DNA of 64,000 bases, taken from positions 7,502,001-7,566,000 of the forward strand of contig CATNEN010000029.1 in assembly GCA_950097015.1 (NCBI GenBank). The letters are read 5' to 3'. Positions within the stretch are counted from its first letter, which is position 1. Each line of letters starts with the position of its first letter. This DNA comes from Macrostomum hystrix. Taxonomy: Eukaryota > Animalia > Platyhelminthes. Below are positions 48,301 through 61,094 of this stretch, one piece after another. The notes beneath the pieces are model-generated. The model was given only the letters and a program-made list of their open reading frames with translations, made no database searches and was not told the DNA's origin. The translations under genes were made by a program, and so were the position numbers.

Positions 48301-49895
48301 TACAATGAACCCCCAGTTGACAATGATCCCACAGTTGATGATGATCCCCTAGTTGATGATGATCCCTCAGTTGACAATGATCCCCCAGTTGACAATGAAC
48401 CCCTAGTTGACAATGAACGCCCAGTTGACAATGATCCCCCAGTTGACAATGATCCCCCAGTTGACAATGATCCCCCAATTGACAATGATCCCCCAGTTGA
48501 CAATGAACCCCTAGTTGACAATGAACGCCCAGTTGACAATGATCCCCCAATTGACAATGATCCCCCAGTTGACAATGATCCCCCAGTTGACAATGATCCC
48601 CCCAGTTGACAATGATCCCCCAATTGACAATGATCCCCCAGTTGACAATCATCCCACAGTTGACAATGATCCCCCAGTTGACAAAGATCCCCCAGTTCAC
48701 AATGATCCCCCAGTTGATGATGATCCCCCAGTTGATGATGATCCCCCAGTTGAAAATGATCCCCCAGTTGACAATGATCCCCCAGTTGACAATGATCCCC
48801 CAGTTGACAATGATCCCCCAGTTCACAATGATCCCCCAGTTGATGATGACTCCCCATTGATGATGATCCCCAGTTAACAATGTTCCTCCAGTTGACAATG
48901 TTCCCCCAGTTGACAATGATCCCCCAGTTGATGATGATCCCCCAGTTGACAATGATCCCCCAGTTGACAATGATCCCCCAGTTGACAATGATCCCGCCCG
49001 TTGACAATGATCCCACAGTTGACAATGAACCCCCAGTTGACAATGATCCCCCAGTTGATGATGATCCCCCAGTTGACAATGATCCCCCAGTTGACAATGA
49101 ACCCCCAGTTGACAACGATCCCCCAGTTGACAATGATCCCCCAGTTGACAATGATCCCCCAGTTGACAATGATCCCGCCCGTTGACAATGATCCCACAGT
49201 TGACATTGAACACCCCAGTTGACAATGATTCCCCAGTTGATGATGATCCCCCAGTTGACAATGATCCCCCAGTTGACAATAATTCCCCAGTTTACAATGA
49301 TCCCGCAGTGGATGATGATCCTCCAGTTGACAATGATCCCCCAGTTGACAATGATCCCCCAGTTCACAATGATCCCCCAGTTGATGATGATTCCCCTAGT
49401 TGATAATGATCCCCCAGTTGACAATGATCCCCCAGTTGACAAAGATCCCCCAGTTGACAATGATCCCCAAGTTTAAAATGATCCCACAGTTGACAATGAT
49501 CCCCCAGTTGATGATGATCCCCCAGCTGACAATGATCCCCCAGTTGACAATGATTCACCTAGTTGATAATGATCCCCCAGTTGACAATGATCCCCCAGTC
49601 GACAATGATTCCCCAGTTGACGATGTTCCCCCAGTTGACAATGATCCCCCAGTTGATGATGATCCCCCAGTTGACAATGATCCCCCAGTTGACAATGATC
49701 CCACAGTTGACAATGATCCCCCAGTTGACAATGATTCCCCTAGTTGATAATGATCCCCCAGTTGACAATCATACCCCAGTTGCCAATGATCCCCCAGTTG
49801 ATGATGATCACCCAGTTGACAATGATCCCCCAGTTGACAATGATCCCCCATCTGATGATGACTCCCCATTGATGATGATGCCCAGTTGACAATGT
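48301..49895. repeat. 18-bp minisatellite GTTGACAATGATCCCCCA (~85 units)
   Basis: Directly visible. Confidence 0.97.
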
Positions 49896-50089
49896 TGCCC
49901 AGTTGAATTTTTATAATAGCTTTCTTTTAGAAAATTGAGAAGAACAAAAATTAAATGAATATTATGCAAAATATTTATCATACTAATATATATCATTATG
50001 ACGTTATGAGATAACTAACTCAAAATGTCGAGAATTCAATTCAATGACAGCAGAAAAAATTTGACGCTGAAGAAGAAAATGATTCAGAA

Positions 50090-50420
50090 GCTGGTTTAGC
50101 CATGATTCAGACGCTGGTTTAGCCATGATTCAAAATCTAGTTTAGCCATGATTCAGACGCTGGTTTAGCCATGATTCAAACTCTGGTTTAGCCATGATTT
50201 AGACGCTGTTTTTGCCATGATTCAAACTCTGGTTTAGCCATGATTCAGACGCTGGTTTAGCCATGATTCAGACTCTGGTTTAGCCATGATTCAGACTCTG
50301 ATTTAGCCATGATTCAAACTCTGGTTTAGCCATGATTCAGACTCTGGTTTAGCCATGATTCAAACTCTGGTTTAGCTATGATTCAAACTCTGGTTTAGCC
50401 ATGATTCAAACTGTATTGTT
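50090..50420. repeat. 23-bp minisatellite GCCATGATTCAGACKCTGGTTTA
   Basis: Directly visible; period 23 (50101 to 50124). Confidence 0.93.
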
Positions 50421-50529
50421 GCAATGATTCAAACTCAGATTTGCTATGATTTATGATTTTTTATTTACGAAATGAAAAAAATAAATTAAAATAATCTTCA
50501 ATCACTACTGGCTGAAAATTAGTCTAAAT

Positions 50530-51049
50530 GATTTGACGCAGGGACAACTAAAACCCTAAGGGTTTTAGTTGTCCCTGGATTTGACGCAGTGCAGAATCGA
50601 ACCCTAGCCTAGCCTAACTTATTCCTAGTGCCTACACATCGGCTATTCCGACTGTTGGTTAGTGGGTGCAGAAATCAGCCTTATAAAATGAATTTTCAAA
50701 GTTCTGGCTTTGTACAATGAAGTAAGAAAATAGAGTACACTCAGTCTCGCGGTTGGTTGTGTACATTTATTTCTAATTTGTCTCCAGAGTGCAGGCTTCA
50801 AATTCAATCAGCTAGGGGTTGTTGCGCAATTTGACGATGCAATTCTAATTCAGTGGCTGTCAGTGAAATTCTCAATAGGCCAAGATGGTTTGACCTTTGA
50901 AAAATCATGTTTTTCGAATATTTAATCCCCTTAGCAATTAAGTTAAGCTTAATAAAAATACGTGTATAATTCTCCCCATATTTAGCATCTTTTGGTGAAG
51001 AAATGGTGAAAATCGGTTGAGCCGTTTTTTCTAAAATCAATCGCCTACC

Positions 51050-51131
<82 letters not shown>

Positions 51132-51155
51132 CATCTCATTTTTAGTATATAGGAA
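50530..51155 (+). mobile_element. Putative non-autonomous Helitron/Helentron-like element
   Basis: Perfect 18-bp-stem palindrome at the 5' end. The 3' end reads aaaatcggttgagccgtttt..(AGAT)n..ttttagtatatagga, an architecture seen in rolling-circle non-autonomous elements. Confidence 0.45.
51047..51131. repeat. (AGAT)n microsatellite, ~21 units
   Basis: Directly visible. Confidence 0.98.
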
Positions 51156-51301
51156 GACTGCGCACAAAACTTAAATTTTTGTGAATTCTACAAAGCGAAC
51201 GAACAGTGATCGCAAAACAATAGTTTATTAGTAGCTGTGCACAGCTTGCACTTTGACCCAGGTGCCAGGGAAGAAAGGGATTAATTTATTGTCAATGTTG
51301 C

Positions 51302-53105
51302 TCAATTAATTGCGCCGGAGTCCACAAATTCTCTTCTCTGGTACTTGGCCCGCACAAACGCTTCTCGAACTGGACTCGAAGCCTCCGGACTCGGCCTGCG
51401 ACCCTGCGGTAGGCGAGCTTCCAATATAGCGTTGCCAAGGCGGTTGCCAATGATGCACAGCGGCATCGCCTGGCCAGGCGTCCAGGCGTCGAGCGTCAGA
51501 GAGCGGACGCGGCTAGCCTGGGTGCCCAGACGGCGGTGAGCTCCTGAGCAGCGGATGCAGATCAGCAGGCCGCGGCTGACGCTCGCCCAGTCTGGCGCCG
51601 GAGCGCCGCAATCAGCGCAGACATCGTTGCCGGGCAGGTTGACGGCAGCTCTCAGAAGGATCTCGGCAGCGCCGCCGGTGGCTGCTGAAACAGTTTCGGA
51701 TGGCCCAGTCGGACGGCGCAAGCTGGCTAGGATGCCGCAGCGGATGGCGGCCACCCAGACGTCGCGTTCGGCTGAGTTGGCCGCCTGGAAAAGCCGTCGG
51801 CGACCGTCCGCCGTCACTAGCTGGAAGGTGGCATCGTCAGCTTTGTCGACTTTGGCTTTGACGGCGACTGCGGCTGGCGATGAGGCCCGGACGGCAGCCT
51901 GAGCGAGGTCGACCACTTCGGCATGGTTTGCGGTATCCGTGTGAACGAAGAGTCCGTCGGCTGTGACGCGGGCAGCTCGATGTCGCGGCATGACTCGTCG
52001 AAGGGCCGCCGGTAGGCGACGGCGGGTGAGTAGAAGGCGGCCTTCGTGCTGAACGCGGGTCTGGGATCCGGCAGTCTCATTGTGACAGCGGATGGCTGGT
52101 GGCTGAGTCTGATGGTGCGGATTGAATTGAGTAGTGGATATCAGTTTGCGGCCAGGCCAGTTTGGGGATAAAATCTGTGTTTGGTTGGGGATCAGTCTGG
52201 GAATGGGATCGGTGTGGGGATGGGATCGGTGTGGGGATGCGATCAGTGTGGGGATGGGATCAGTGTGGGGATGGGATCAGTGTGGGAATGGGATCAGTGT
52301 GGGGATGGGATCAGTGTGGGGATGAGATCAGTGTGGGAATGGGATTAGTGTGGGGATGGGATTAGTGTGGGGATGGGCATCAGTGTGGGGATGGGATCAG
52401 TGTGGGGATGGGATCAGTGTGGGGATGGGATCAGTGTGGGGATGGGATTAGTGTGGGGATGGGCATCAGTGTGGGGATGGGATCAGTGAGGGGATGGGAT
52501 CAGTGTGGGGATGGGATCAGTGTGGGGGTGGCATCGGTGTGGGGATAGGGAATAGTGTGGGGATGGGATTAGTGTGGGGATGGGATCAGTGTGGGGATGG
52601 GATCAGTGTGGGGATGGGATCAGTGTGGGGATGGGATCAGTGTGGGGATGGGCATCAGTGTGGGGATGGGATCAGTGTGGGGATGGGATCAGTGTGGGGA
52701 TGGGATCGGTGTGGGGATGGGATCGGTGTGGGGATGGGATCGGTGTGGGGATGGGATCGGTGTGGGGATGGGATCGGTGTGGGGATGGGATCGGTGTGGG
52801 GATGGGATCGGTGTGGGGATGGGATCGGTGTGGGGATGGGATCGGTGTGGGGATGGGATCGGTGTGGGGATGGGATCGGTGTGGGGATAGGGAATAGTGT
52901 GGGGATAGGGAATAGTGTGGGGATAGGGAATAGTGTGGGGATAGGGATTAGTGTGGGATGGAGATCAAATGATAATCGGTATTGAGGTGCTAATGGGGCA
53001 CAGTTAATAGCGGACACTCACGCCATGATAGGTGTCTCCGGGAGCATGTAACCTGAGGCTCAGGCCCTGGGGACTTGTTGTGTTGCCAGTTGACTTGGCG
53101 GGTGT
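51302..53105 (-). CDS. PH domain + ArfGAP protein (centaurin/AGAP-like), 3' part; further 5' exons possibly up to ~55.3 kb
   Basis: Exon 52108-51302 encodes a PH domain (FQLVT..LFQAANSAERDVWVAAI) and an ArfGAP C4 zinc finger (GNDVCADCGAPAPDWASVSRGLLICIRCSGAHRRLG..SRVRSLTLD..FVRAKY). The upstream 84-nt exon 53105-53022 is in phase 0. Confidence 0.85.
52170..52960. repeat. 17-bp G-rich minisatellite GTGTGGGGATGGGATCR filling the ArfGAP intron
   Basis: Directly visible; same unit as at 47820-48045. Confidence 0.97.
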
Positions 53106-53469
53106 CTGAAATAAACGCCAGGAAGTGAGGTCATTAATGATATTTTTCAGTTAGTCAAAACGGAGGTCGGAGAAATGCCGGTTCGCCCCGCAGGTGTGTC
53201 TCGGAGTTGAGCAGGTGGTGGGTCCCGCATGATCTGAGTATAGCTGTGCTGCTCGGGGCAGAATTCTATTTTTTAGAAAGATGAATAACTTTTGCAATGG
53301 CAAACAAATAACGAAATATTCCGCTTAGCAAGGAAAAATAGGGTAATTATAAATATATAATCTAGAGACAGTTGAACACCGGTTCTTTGTAAGAAGTGAA
53401 AGAACTAAGAAATATTATAATTCCATTTCTTAGAGGCAAGGAAATATGAAGAGATTAGACAGATATGGA

Positions 53470-54115
53470 GGGGAAGCGGGTTGATGAGGAGTAGAAACGG
53501 AATGCTAAGGAGTGGAAACGGATTGGTACGGAGTGGAAAGGGATTGATGAGGAGTGTAAACGGATTGATACGGAGTGGAAACGGGTTGATGTGGATTCAA
53601 AACGGATTGATAAGGAGTGGAAACGGATTGGTACGGAGTGGAAAGGGATTGATGAGGAGTGTAAACGGATTGATAAGGAGTGGAAACGGAATGCTAAGGA
53701 GTGGAAACGGATTGGTACGGAGTGGAAAGGGATTGATGAGGAGTGTAAACGGATTGATAAGGAGTGGAAACGGAATGCTAAGGAGTGGAAACGGATTGGT
53801 ACGGAGTGGAAAGGGATTGATGAGGAGTGTAAACGGATTGATAAGGAGTGGAAACGGAATGCTAAGGAGTGGAAACGGATTGGTACGGAGTGGAAAGGGA
53901 TTGATGAGGAGTGTAAACGGATTGATAAGGAGTGGAAACGGAATGCTAAGGAGTGGAAACGGATTGGTACGGAGTGGAAAGGGATTGATGAGGAGTGTAA
54001 ACGGATTGATAAGGAGTGGAAACGGAATGATAAGAAGTGGAAAAGGATTGATAAGCATTCAAAACGGATTGATAAGGAATTTAAACGGATCGACAAGTAG
54101 TTGAAACGAATTGAT
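53470..54115. repeat. 84-bp higher-order repeat built from four ~21-bp subunits (GAGTGGAAACGGATTGATAAG-like)
   Basis: A 28-codon period is visible in the ORF translations. Confidence 0.92.
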
Positions 54116-55689
54116 AAAGATTCTCAGCACAACTAACCGTTCTAAGCCATGAAGCAGGGCCTGCAGTATTTTTCGCCGCAGAGGCCACCTTGTACAGTTT
54201 GTGACTGCACACTGCAGACGACCAAAGTTGTCTCACGCAGGCACCGAGGTTCATAGTATTAGCAGAATCGAGACAAGCTAACCTCCGAGGCCCCTTATCA
54301 ATGGGGCTTTTTGCGGACTTAATAACGTACTGTCTTGGCATGACTCCGAGTGGATTCAGAATTGATTGGACAGGTAAAATGAAGTTGATATTAAGAATAT
54401 TTGGGCCTTTTTATATACTGCTCTTTGTGGAGCTGTGAATACTCGTATTTTCATTGGCTGAGGAGTGTAGGAGAGTGTTGAGAAGTCCCTGAGCAGACTG
54501 GTTATTCAGAGGCAGGTGTTCTCAGCGCAGGCACGAGGTGGATGCGAAGAATTTAGCGGATTTTCACCAGCAGCTCAAGTTTGATGAGAAATAGCTCGTT
54601 TTCGTCAGCTTATTAACCAGATTAGCGCCATTGAATTTCACAGTTTGGTCTGCAACTGCAATCGATTATGCTAATTGAGAGGGTCGATGTACGTTTTTTG
54701 CGAAGCTCAATCCGCTGACTCCTGAGCACACACTCACACAGATGAAAGCACTCTAACCTGGAAATTTCACGTTAAAAATCGTTGCTAAACTAAAAAAAGC
54801 ATGGAAAATACATATCAATGCCTATTCAGAAAAATGGACAACCATTCAGAACGAGAAATAAAAATAATTAACGTCTGATTGTTATTCCGTTAAAACGACA
54901 AAAATTAACGATAAGACCTTCTTTCGTTAAAAATTAAATTAAGACAAATAAGAAGCAATTAATGAGGGTATTTATCTTTGATTTTATCGAGTTTAGTGTC
55001 TTGTGGCGCTAATTTTCTCAAATTTTAGAAGAGCATTGCTAGCAACAAAATAGGGTAACGACATTCAGGCAGTCATGTGAAGGTCATCAAATCGAACAGA
55101 CTGCCCGCAACCTCCACTTTCACTTCAACCCTACATCTGCTCAGCAGTTAGCTACTCAAATGGATAGGGTGGCCAATTGTTTGACAGATAATTCCAGTGA
55201 AATTGTTTTGCCTGCCCCTGTAGGATCTGTGTTTGCCGTCTAGAGGAACTGTTTATGCCAGAGGGTGCATTGGGGCGGTGGATTGAGTTGAGACCGCCGC
55301 TGCTACTTGCTTGAGGAAGGCACGCGACATCCGGCTGCTGACCATTCGTTGAGCAATAAAAGCTAGAACCGTTTTAGAAAACAATCACCATGCACTAGAC
55401 AGGTGCGAAGCGGCGGGAGACAAGACAAGGCGAGACAACAGATAGTCATAGACGGTGGGTCGTTTGCACACCCATCTTAAATTTCCGATATAAAAATAGT
55501 TCTTCTTTTCAAAACTACACGAGTCAATAAAAAACTTATTTTTGTGAACTATCAACATTTTCTATACTGAGAGTTGAAACAATATATTTCATTTTCTAAA
55601 GTAAAAAATTGATTATACTGAATCTTGCACAGAAAAACTTGCGTTCAGTTTGAAAACAGACACCACACTATACAGACAGACTCACAGAC

Positions 55690-55980
55690 ACCTGGATAAC
55701 ATACACCCTTGATAACATACACCCTGGATAACATACACCCTGGATAACAGACACCCTGGATAACAGACACCCTGGATAACAGACACCCTGGATAACAGAC
55801 ACCCTGGATAACAGACACCCTGGATAACAGACACCCTGGATAACAGACACCCTGGATAACAGACACCCTGGATAACAGACACCCTGGATAACAGACACCC
55901 TGGATAACAGACACCCTGGATAACAGACACCCTGGATAACAGATACCCTTGATAACATACACCCTGGATAACAGACACCC
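55690..55980. repeat. 16-bp repeat TGGATAACAGACACCC (~18 units) starting at the TMLHE stop codon (3' UTR)
   Basis: Directly visible. Confidence 0.95.
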
Positions 55981-58147
55981 TACACAACCCGCAGAATCCG
56001 GGCCTTACTCATCCAGTCGTCTCTAGTCACATAGCAACCGGTGACAATCCGTGTTCCGGAGAAGCCACAGCGGCCGTGCAGGACTCGCCAATTGTCAATG
56101 AACAGCACGGTGCCAGGCTGCAGGTTTATCCGAATCTGTGAGTCAGGCCGGTTCAGTATGTCGCCCAGGTGTGCGTAGGCGGCCAGGTAGGTTGCGACCT
56201 CCGCCTGCGGCAGGGTGGTCAGAGTGTCAATGTCGTAGGGATTGTAACGAATCTGGTACGGGCAGTCGTTTCCCTCTGGGTCCAGTTTGATGACGCTGTC
56301 CAAGCAGCGGGTGTGATAGGCCGGTCCGCCGGGCCCGCCATCCTCCAGGTAGTGGTGATACACTGGCCTGCTCGCCAACAGTTTAAAGTGCTCGCCGCTT
56401 TCTCGGCGCAACGTCTCAGCGGCTAGAAAGCCGTCGGCCAAGCATGTCTGGCCGCCCTCTGTGGCCGGCTGAAGGACGTGGAATACCTTTAGGGAGGACA
56501 AATAGTATTATGCTTGTTATGACACTTCCAATAGAATCCCTGCACTGCCACTGAACCCTACACAATCCCTACACAGCCATTCTACTGAACCCTACACAAT
56601 ACCTACACAGCCATTCTACTGAACCCTACACAATCCCTACACAGCCATTCTACTGGACCCTACACAATCCCTGCACTGCCATTCTACCGAACCCTATACA
56701 ATCCCTGCACTGCCATTCTACTGAACACTACACAACCCTACACTGCCATTCTACCGAAACCTACACAATCCCTGCACTGCCATTCTACCGAACCCTACAC
56801 AATCCCTGCACTGCCATTCTACCGAACCCTACACAATCCCTGCACTGCCATTCTGTGTAGAAAAAATAGCTTTCAGTTACTTATTGCCACTGCGATTGCC
56901 ACTCTGGTTGTATATAAGTAATTTTCCCCTAATTAAATCCGTCGGTATTACCCTATTCAGTAGAATAATAGGGACATGGAAAGCTAATTTTTTTTTACGC
57001 ATAAAATCTCGCGGCACAAGTGTACGGATCAGAGAACTCGAGTTCCTTGGTGTGTGAGGGCAAGTCTTATGGAATTAAGTGCCTGCACAGTTAGTCTGTC
57101 TCGCTAAGAAATATATAATTAGATTTCAGTCTAGAAGAGAATAATAAGAGCCAATAAAACTTAGTCTACTTAAAATTAGCATGCTAATGACGACAAAAGT
57201 TTATGGCTCTGGCCATTATTATAAAACTAATGGCAATTAGACTGTTTTCAATCTTCGCCACAACTGCTGCTGTATAATTGTGGTGAGAATAGTGCTCAGA
57301 AATAAATACAAACCTAAATTAGCTGATATTATTTCATTAGTTCAAACATTTTGAATCTTGAGGGAGGCATTTAGTCCAGTAGTTCAAGCCTCGAGTTTCT
57401 AGCAGAGAGATCTGGAGTTCGAATCCCACTTTGCATAAAGCTCACCTGCAGTCCCGCACAGCTGTGCAAGTAGGTGTTGTCGTTGTGCACCCCGATGGCG
57501 TCGCTGCCGTATGCTGTGTCCTGGCGTTTGCCATCGGCGCTGAACGTCCACATGCGGCCGAACAAGGTGTGCATGACCGGCGCCAGAAGCTGCACGGCAG
57601 CCTCCGTTGCCGCCTCAGTCGGCTCCACCTCGGTGACGGTGGCCACTCCGGAGGACCAGAGGTTGCGCAGCACGGTGCGCAGGCCGCCCTGCGAGGACTC
57701 GACCTCAGCTAAGGGCACTGGCCGAATTGCAGACGGTCCTTCGAAGGGATGACCAGCCGAACGGTTCCAGAGGCGTCTTTCGACGCCGCCGCCGTCAGGA
57801 GACAGCAGGGCGTCTAGCTGAGAATAGGCGAACTCCGTCAGGTGGCCGTCCGGCCAGTCCAGTCGGATCCCGGATTTGTCCGGAAGCTGGCTGAGCTGCG
57901 GCTGCGACGCTGCGGCGGACAGAGCAGCAGACGGCGAGACCGAGCGCTGCCTGGTAGCTGCGTTGTGGCACTCGGGGCAGCGGCAGTTAAAACGCAGCCA
58001 CGCCGCGCTCAATCGGCGCAGCTTGCCGTTCGGATAGCGGATCTCCGTCATCGTCGACTCAGTCGCTGATGACGAGCTGGACAAACTGGTGCCCAGCTGG
58101 CCCCAGCGGCGACCAGCCAGGAGGCAGCCGAGACCTTTGCGAAGCAT
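55980..58147 (-). CDS. TMLHE: Trimethyllysine dioxygenase (carnitine biosynthesis, Fe/2OG dioxygenase), 402 aa, 2 exons
   Basis: Exons 58147-57446 and 56486-55980 in phase 0. N-terminal WLRFNCRCPEC, HxD (VHNDNTY), GGQTCLADGF, IRYNPYD, LFIDNWRVLHGR and GCYVTRDD are closer to TMLHE than to BBOX1. The N-terminus resembles a mitochondrial presequence. Confidence 0.9.
56540..56855. repeat. 34-bp minisatellite in the TMLHE intron
   Basis: CTGCCATTCTACCGAACCCTACACAATCCCTGCA, ~9 units. Confidence 0.92.
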
Positions 58148-59439
58148 TGCGCTTTGATGCTGAGCTGTGAAAATTGAGTCGATTATCAGTTGCAGCAAAT
58201 AAGCGCGCCGACTTCTAAAGCTTGACACAGAACTCTATGCTACCGGCTATTAATAGACACTCAACTGGATTCGGAAATCCAATACATGTGGGATTTCCGC
58301 AAATACCGAGTCCATTGGCTCGACCTTCTACCGTCATGCTTATTTGTACATTTATGCCTGGACAATCGAGTGCATGAAAAATTCTGAAGTGTGTTTCTAG
58401 AAAATTTAGTCTATGGCATCCGTCACAGAACGCCAATTGTTAGACGTATTTTTGTCTTTTTGAATATAAAGCTCACCTGTGAGACTAATTCTTGGTGGCT
58501 TCAGTCTCCAATTTTTGGGTCTCAGGTGCTCAGTCTGAATTCTAAAATCGCCTCAAGGGAGAGCAGAGATCTAGAAAGCACACACTTGCTTCGCAAAGGA
58601 AGCACTTGGTTATTAATTGGAGGTGTGCGGTTGAGGGGAGACAAGGAGAGAAGAGATTAATATATGCTGCGTACATGGAAGCAGGTCTGTACAATCGACA
58701 CCGGTGCAGCTTGTGCGTACTCTCTCTATGCATGAAACTCAGGGGCCAGGTATGGGTGTACAGTCCCAACAGCTTAGAAACTGTTTGGATCTACAATCTG
58801 ATAAATTGACGCAGTTTTGTGGGTACAATAAACATTAATACTCTCGGTGGACCGAGAGAAGATCAATGCTTTGAAAACTTTGCTTGCGTGACCAAACATG
58901 CGAGTAGCGCAGTGTGACATCGCAAGCCGGGTTTGGTTAGGAAAATATACGCCCTGGAATATTCTATTCGACTTTCTGTTTCATAGTTCACGATCCTTCG
59001 AAAACATTTTGATCCGAGTCTAGTCCCTAATAGCTGTAGAAGGTTTCGTGTGCGACTTTGTCTGATGTCCTAATATCATTAGTTCAACCTGACTTTCACA
59101 TTGTATAGCGTTTCAACATAGAGGATGCAGTTCTAGGCTGCACAGACAGATCGATGCTGAGATCAATCATTAGGATACAGGGAACGACCTTTGTGCGTCT
59201 TGGCTTGAACTACATGCGAGACAAAGAACGACATAGTTATCAAAAACTGAGCCAAATGCACTGCTCCTCTGATGACGATGGGCAGGCAGAGCTGCTGAAT
59301 ATCTCGTGACTGCAGTATTTTGAGACACTTTGTGTCGGATCAATAATTGAATACTAATTTAAGTCCCTGAGCTTTCCGGTAAACGTCGTAAAAATGCCAA
59401 TGTGTTCCACCCTGGTGACTCATCATGTGAACCGTATTG

Positions 59440-60255
59440 TGAAATTGTGACCCATCTTGTGACCCATCTTGTGAAATTGTGAACCATCTTGTGACCCAAT
59501 TTGTTACCCATCTTGTGACCCAACTTGTGACCCATCTTGTGACTCATGTTGTGACTCATCTTTTGACTCATCCTCTAAATTTGTGAACCATCTTTTGAAC
59601 GATCTTGTAACCTATCTTGTGACCCAATTTGAGACCCATCTTGTGACCCAATTTGTGACCCATCTTGTGACCCATGTTGTGACTCATCTCGTGACCCATC
59701 TTGTGACCCATCTTGTGACCCATGTTGTGACTCATCTTGTGACTCATCCTCTAAAATTGTGAACCATCTTTTGAACGATCTTGTAACCTATCTTGTGACC
59801 CAATTTGTGACCTATCTTGTGACCCATGTTGTGACTCATCTCGTGACCCATCTTGTGACTCATCTTGTGATTCATCTTGTAAAATTTGAACCATCTTGAG
59901 ACGCATCCTGTGATCCACATTGTGACTCATCTTGTGAACCATCTTGTCACCCATCTTGTCACCCATCTTGTGATTCATCTTGTGATTCATCTTGTAAAAT
60001 TTTGAAACATCTTGGGACCAATCTTGTGATCCATCTTGTGACTTATCTTGTGAACCATCTTGTAACCCATCTTGTGAACCATCTTGTGAACCATCTTGTG
60101 ATCCAATTTGTGACTCAATTTGTGACCCATCTTGTGACCCATCTTGTGACCCATCTTGTGACCCATCTTGTGAACCATCTTGTGATCCAATTTGTGACCC
60201 ATCTTGTGACCCATCTTGTGACCCATCTTGTGACCCATCTTGTGACCCATCTTGC
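59440..60255. repeat. 12-bp minisatellite CATCTTGTGACC
   Basis: Directly visible. Confidence 0.95.
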
Positions 60256-61094
60256 GAAACATATTGTCTCTTATCCATAGTATTCGAAGGGATGAACTAT
60301 TGGCAATATTTGCTAATGTTTGCACGTCAAAATGTAACTCCCTTGCCTTCAAACTGCAGCACAGAGATACAGTCAGGCCTTATATCTTGCTGCATCATCT
60401 AACAGGGTTGTTGCATGTCAGCAAGCTCAGGATTTTTACACAGGTATAGAAAGCCAATCAAAATATACTGAGTGATGATGCATAAAAGAGCATTTAAACA
60501 AGCATAGGGTCGATCTGAAAGTAACTATAAATAGTTACAGATAGCAATAGCATGCAATGGACGAATAGCATAAAATGGCAGCAGTGCTTTTAAGGAAGGG
60601 AAAAATTAAACGAATTCCTCTTTAACAAGACCCGTAAGAGTTCTTGCTTGCTCGGTTATACATAAAAATACCAATTAAGAAAGTTGTCTTAGCCGTACAG
60701 TAATAAAAATGCATTTAATTTTACATTTTAATGGTACTTGATTTGCTAGCCAAATGGGAAGTATATTGCGTGCATATGGTACAAAAAGTGAAGTTAAAAC
60801 AAACTGGTTTCCTTTTATTGACAGTATATTCGCATTAAAAGTGGCATGTAAAAAGTTACATCGTTAAAATTTACGTGGAATGAATTAAGGAAGATTGCGT
60901 TTTTATCAACAAATTTTATAGCAAAGCTACCATAACACGAAAGCGCTAATTGGTCTTGAAGTACTAAACGAAGGTTTCGTGCTAATCATGTCATAAACCA
61001 CAACTGTAGAAGCTTAGTAGCAATGCCAGACTGTTTGCATCAGGAATCATCGAGGAATCATCGCTTCAATCAATGGCTGCTTCAATTAAAGGTC

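Noticed and set aside
48284-49996. CRISPR-like or repeat-protein interpretation of the 18-bp array (contains TTGACA)
   Set aside because: Units are contiguous with no unique spacers, no cas genes are present, and the context is eukaryotic. TTGACA as a bacterial -35 box is irrelevant.
55195-55235. DPTGAGKT, a Walker-A-like peptide on the minus strand
   Set aside because: It lacks the first Gly of GxxxxGKT and lies in a short frame bounded by stops; probably chance.
57365-57430. tRNA-like sequence with GTTCGAATCCC in the TMLHE intron (also ~25560-25600)
   Set aside because: No complete cloverleaf or acceptor stem is visible; treated as decayed SINE heads, not tRNA genes.
59751-60352. SQDG / MGHK / VTHL repeat ORFs
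   Set aside because: Translations of the 12-bp minisatellite.
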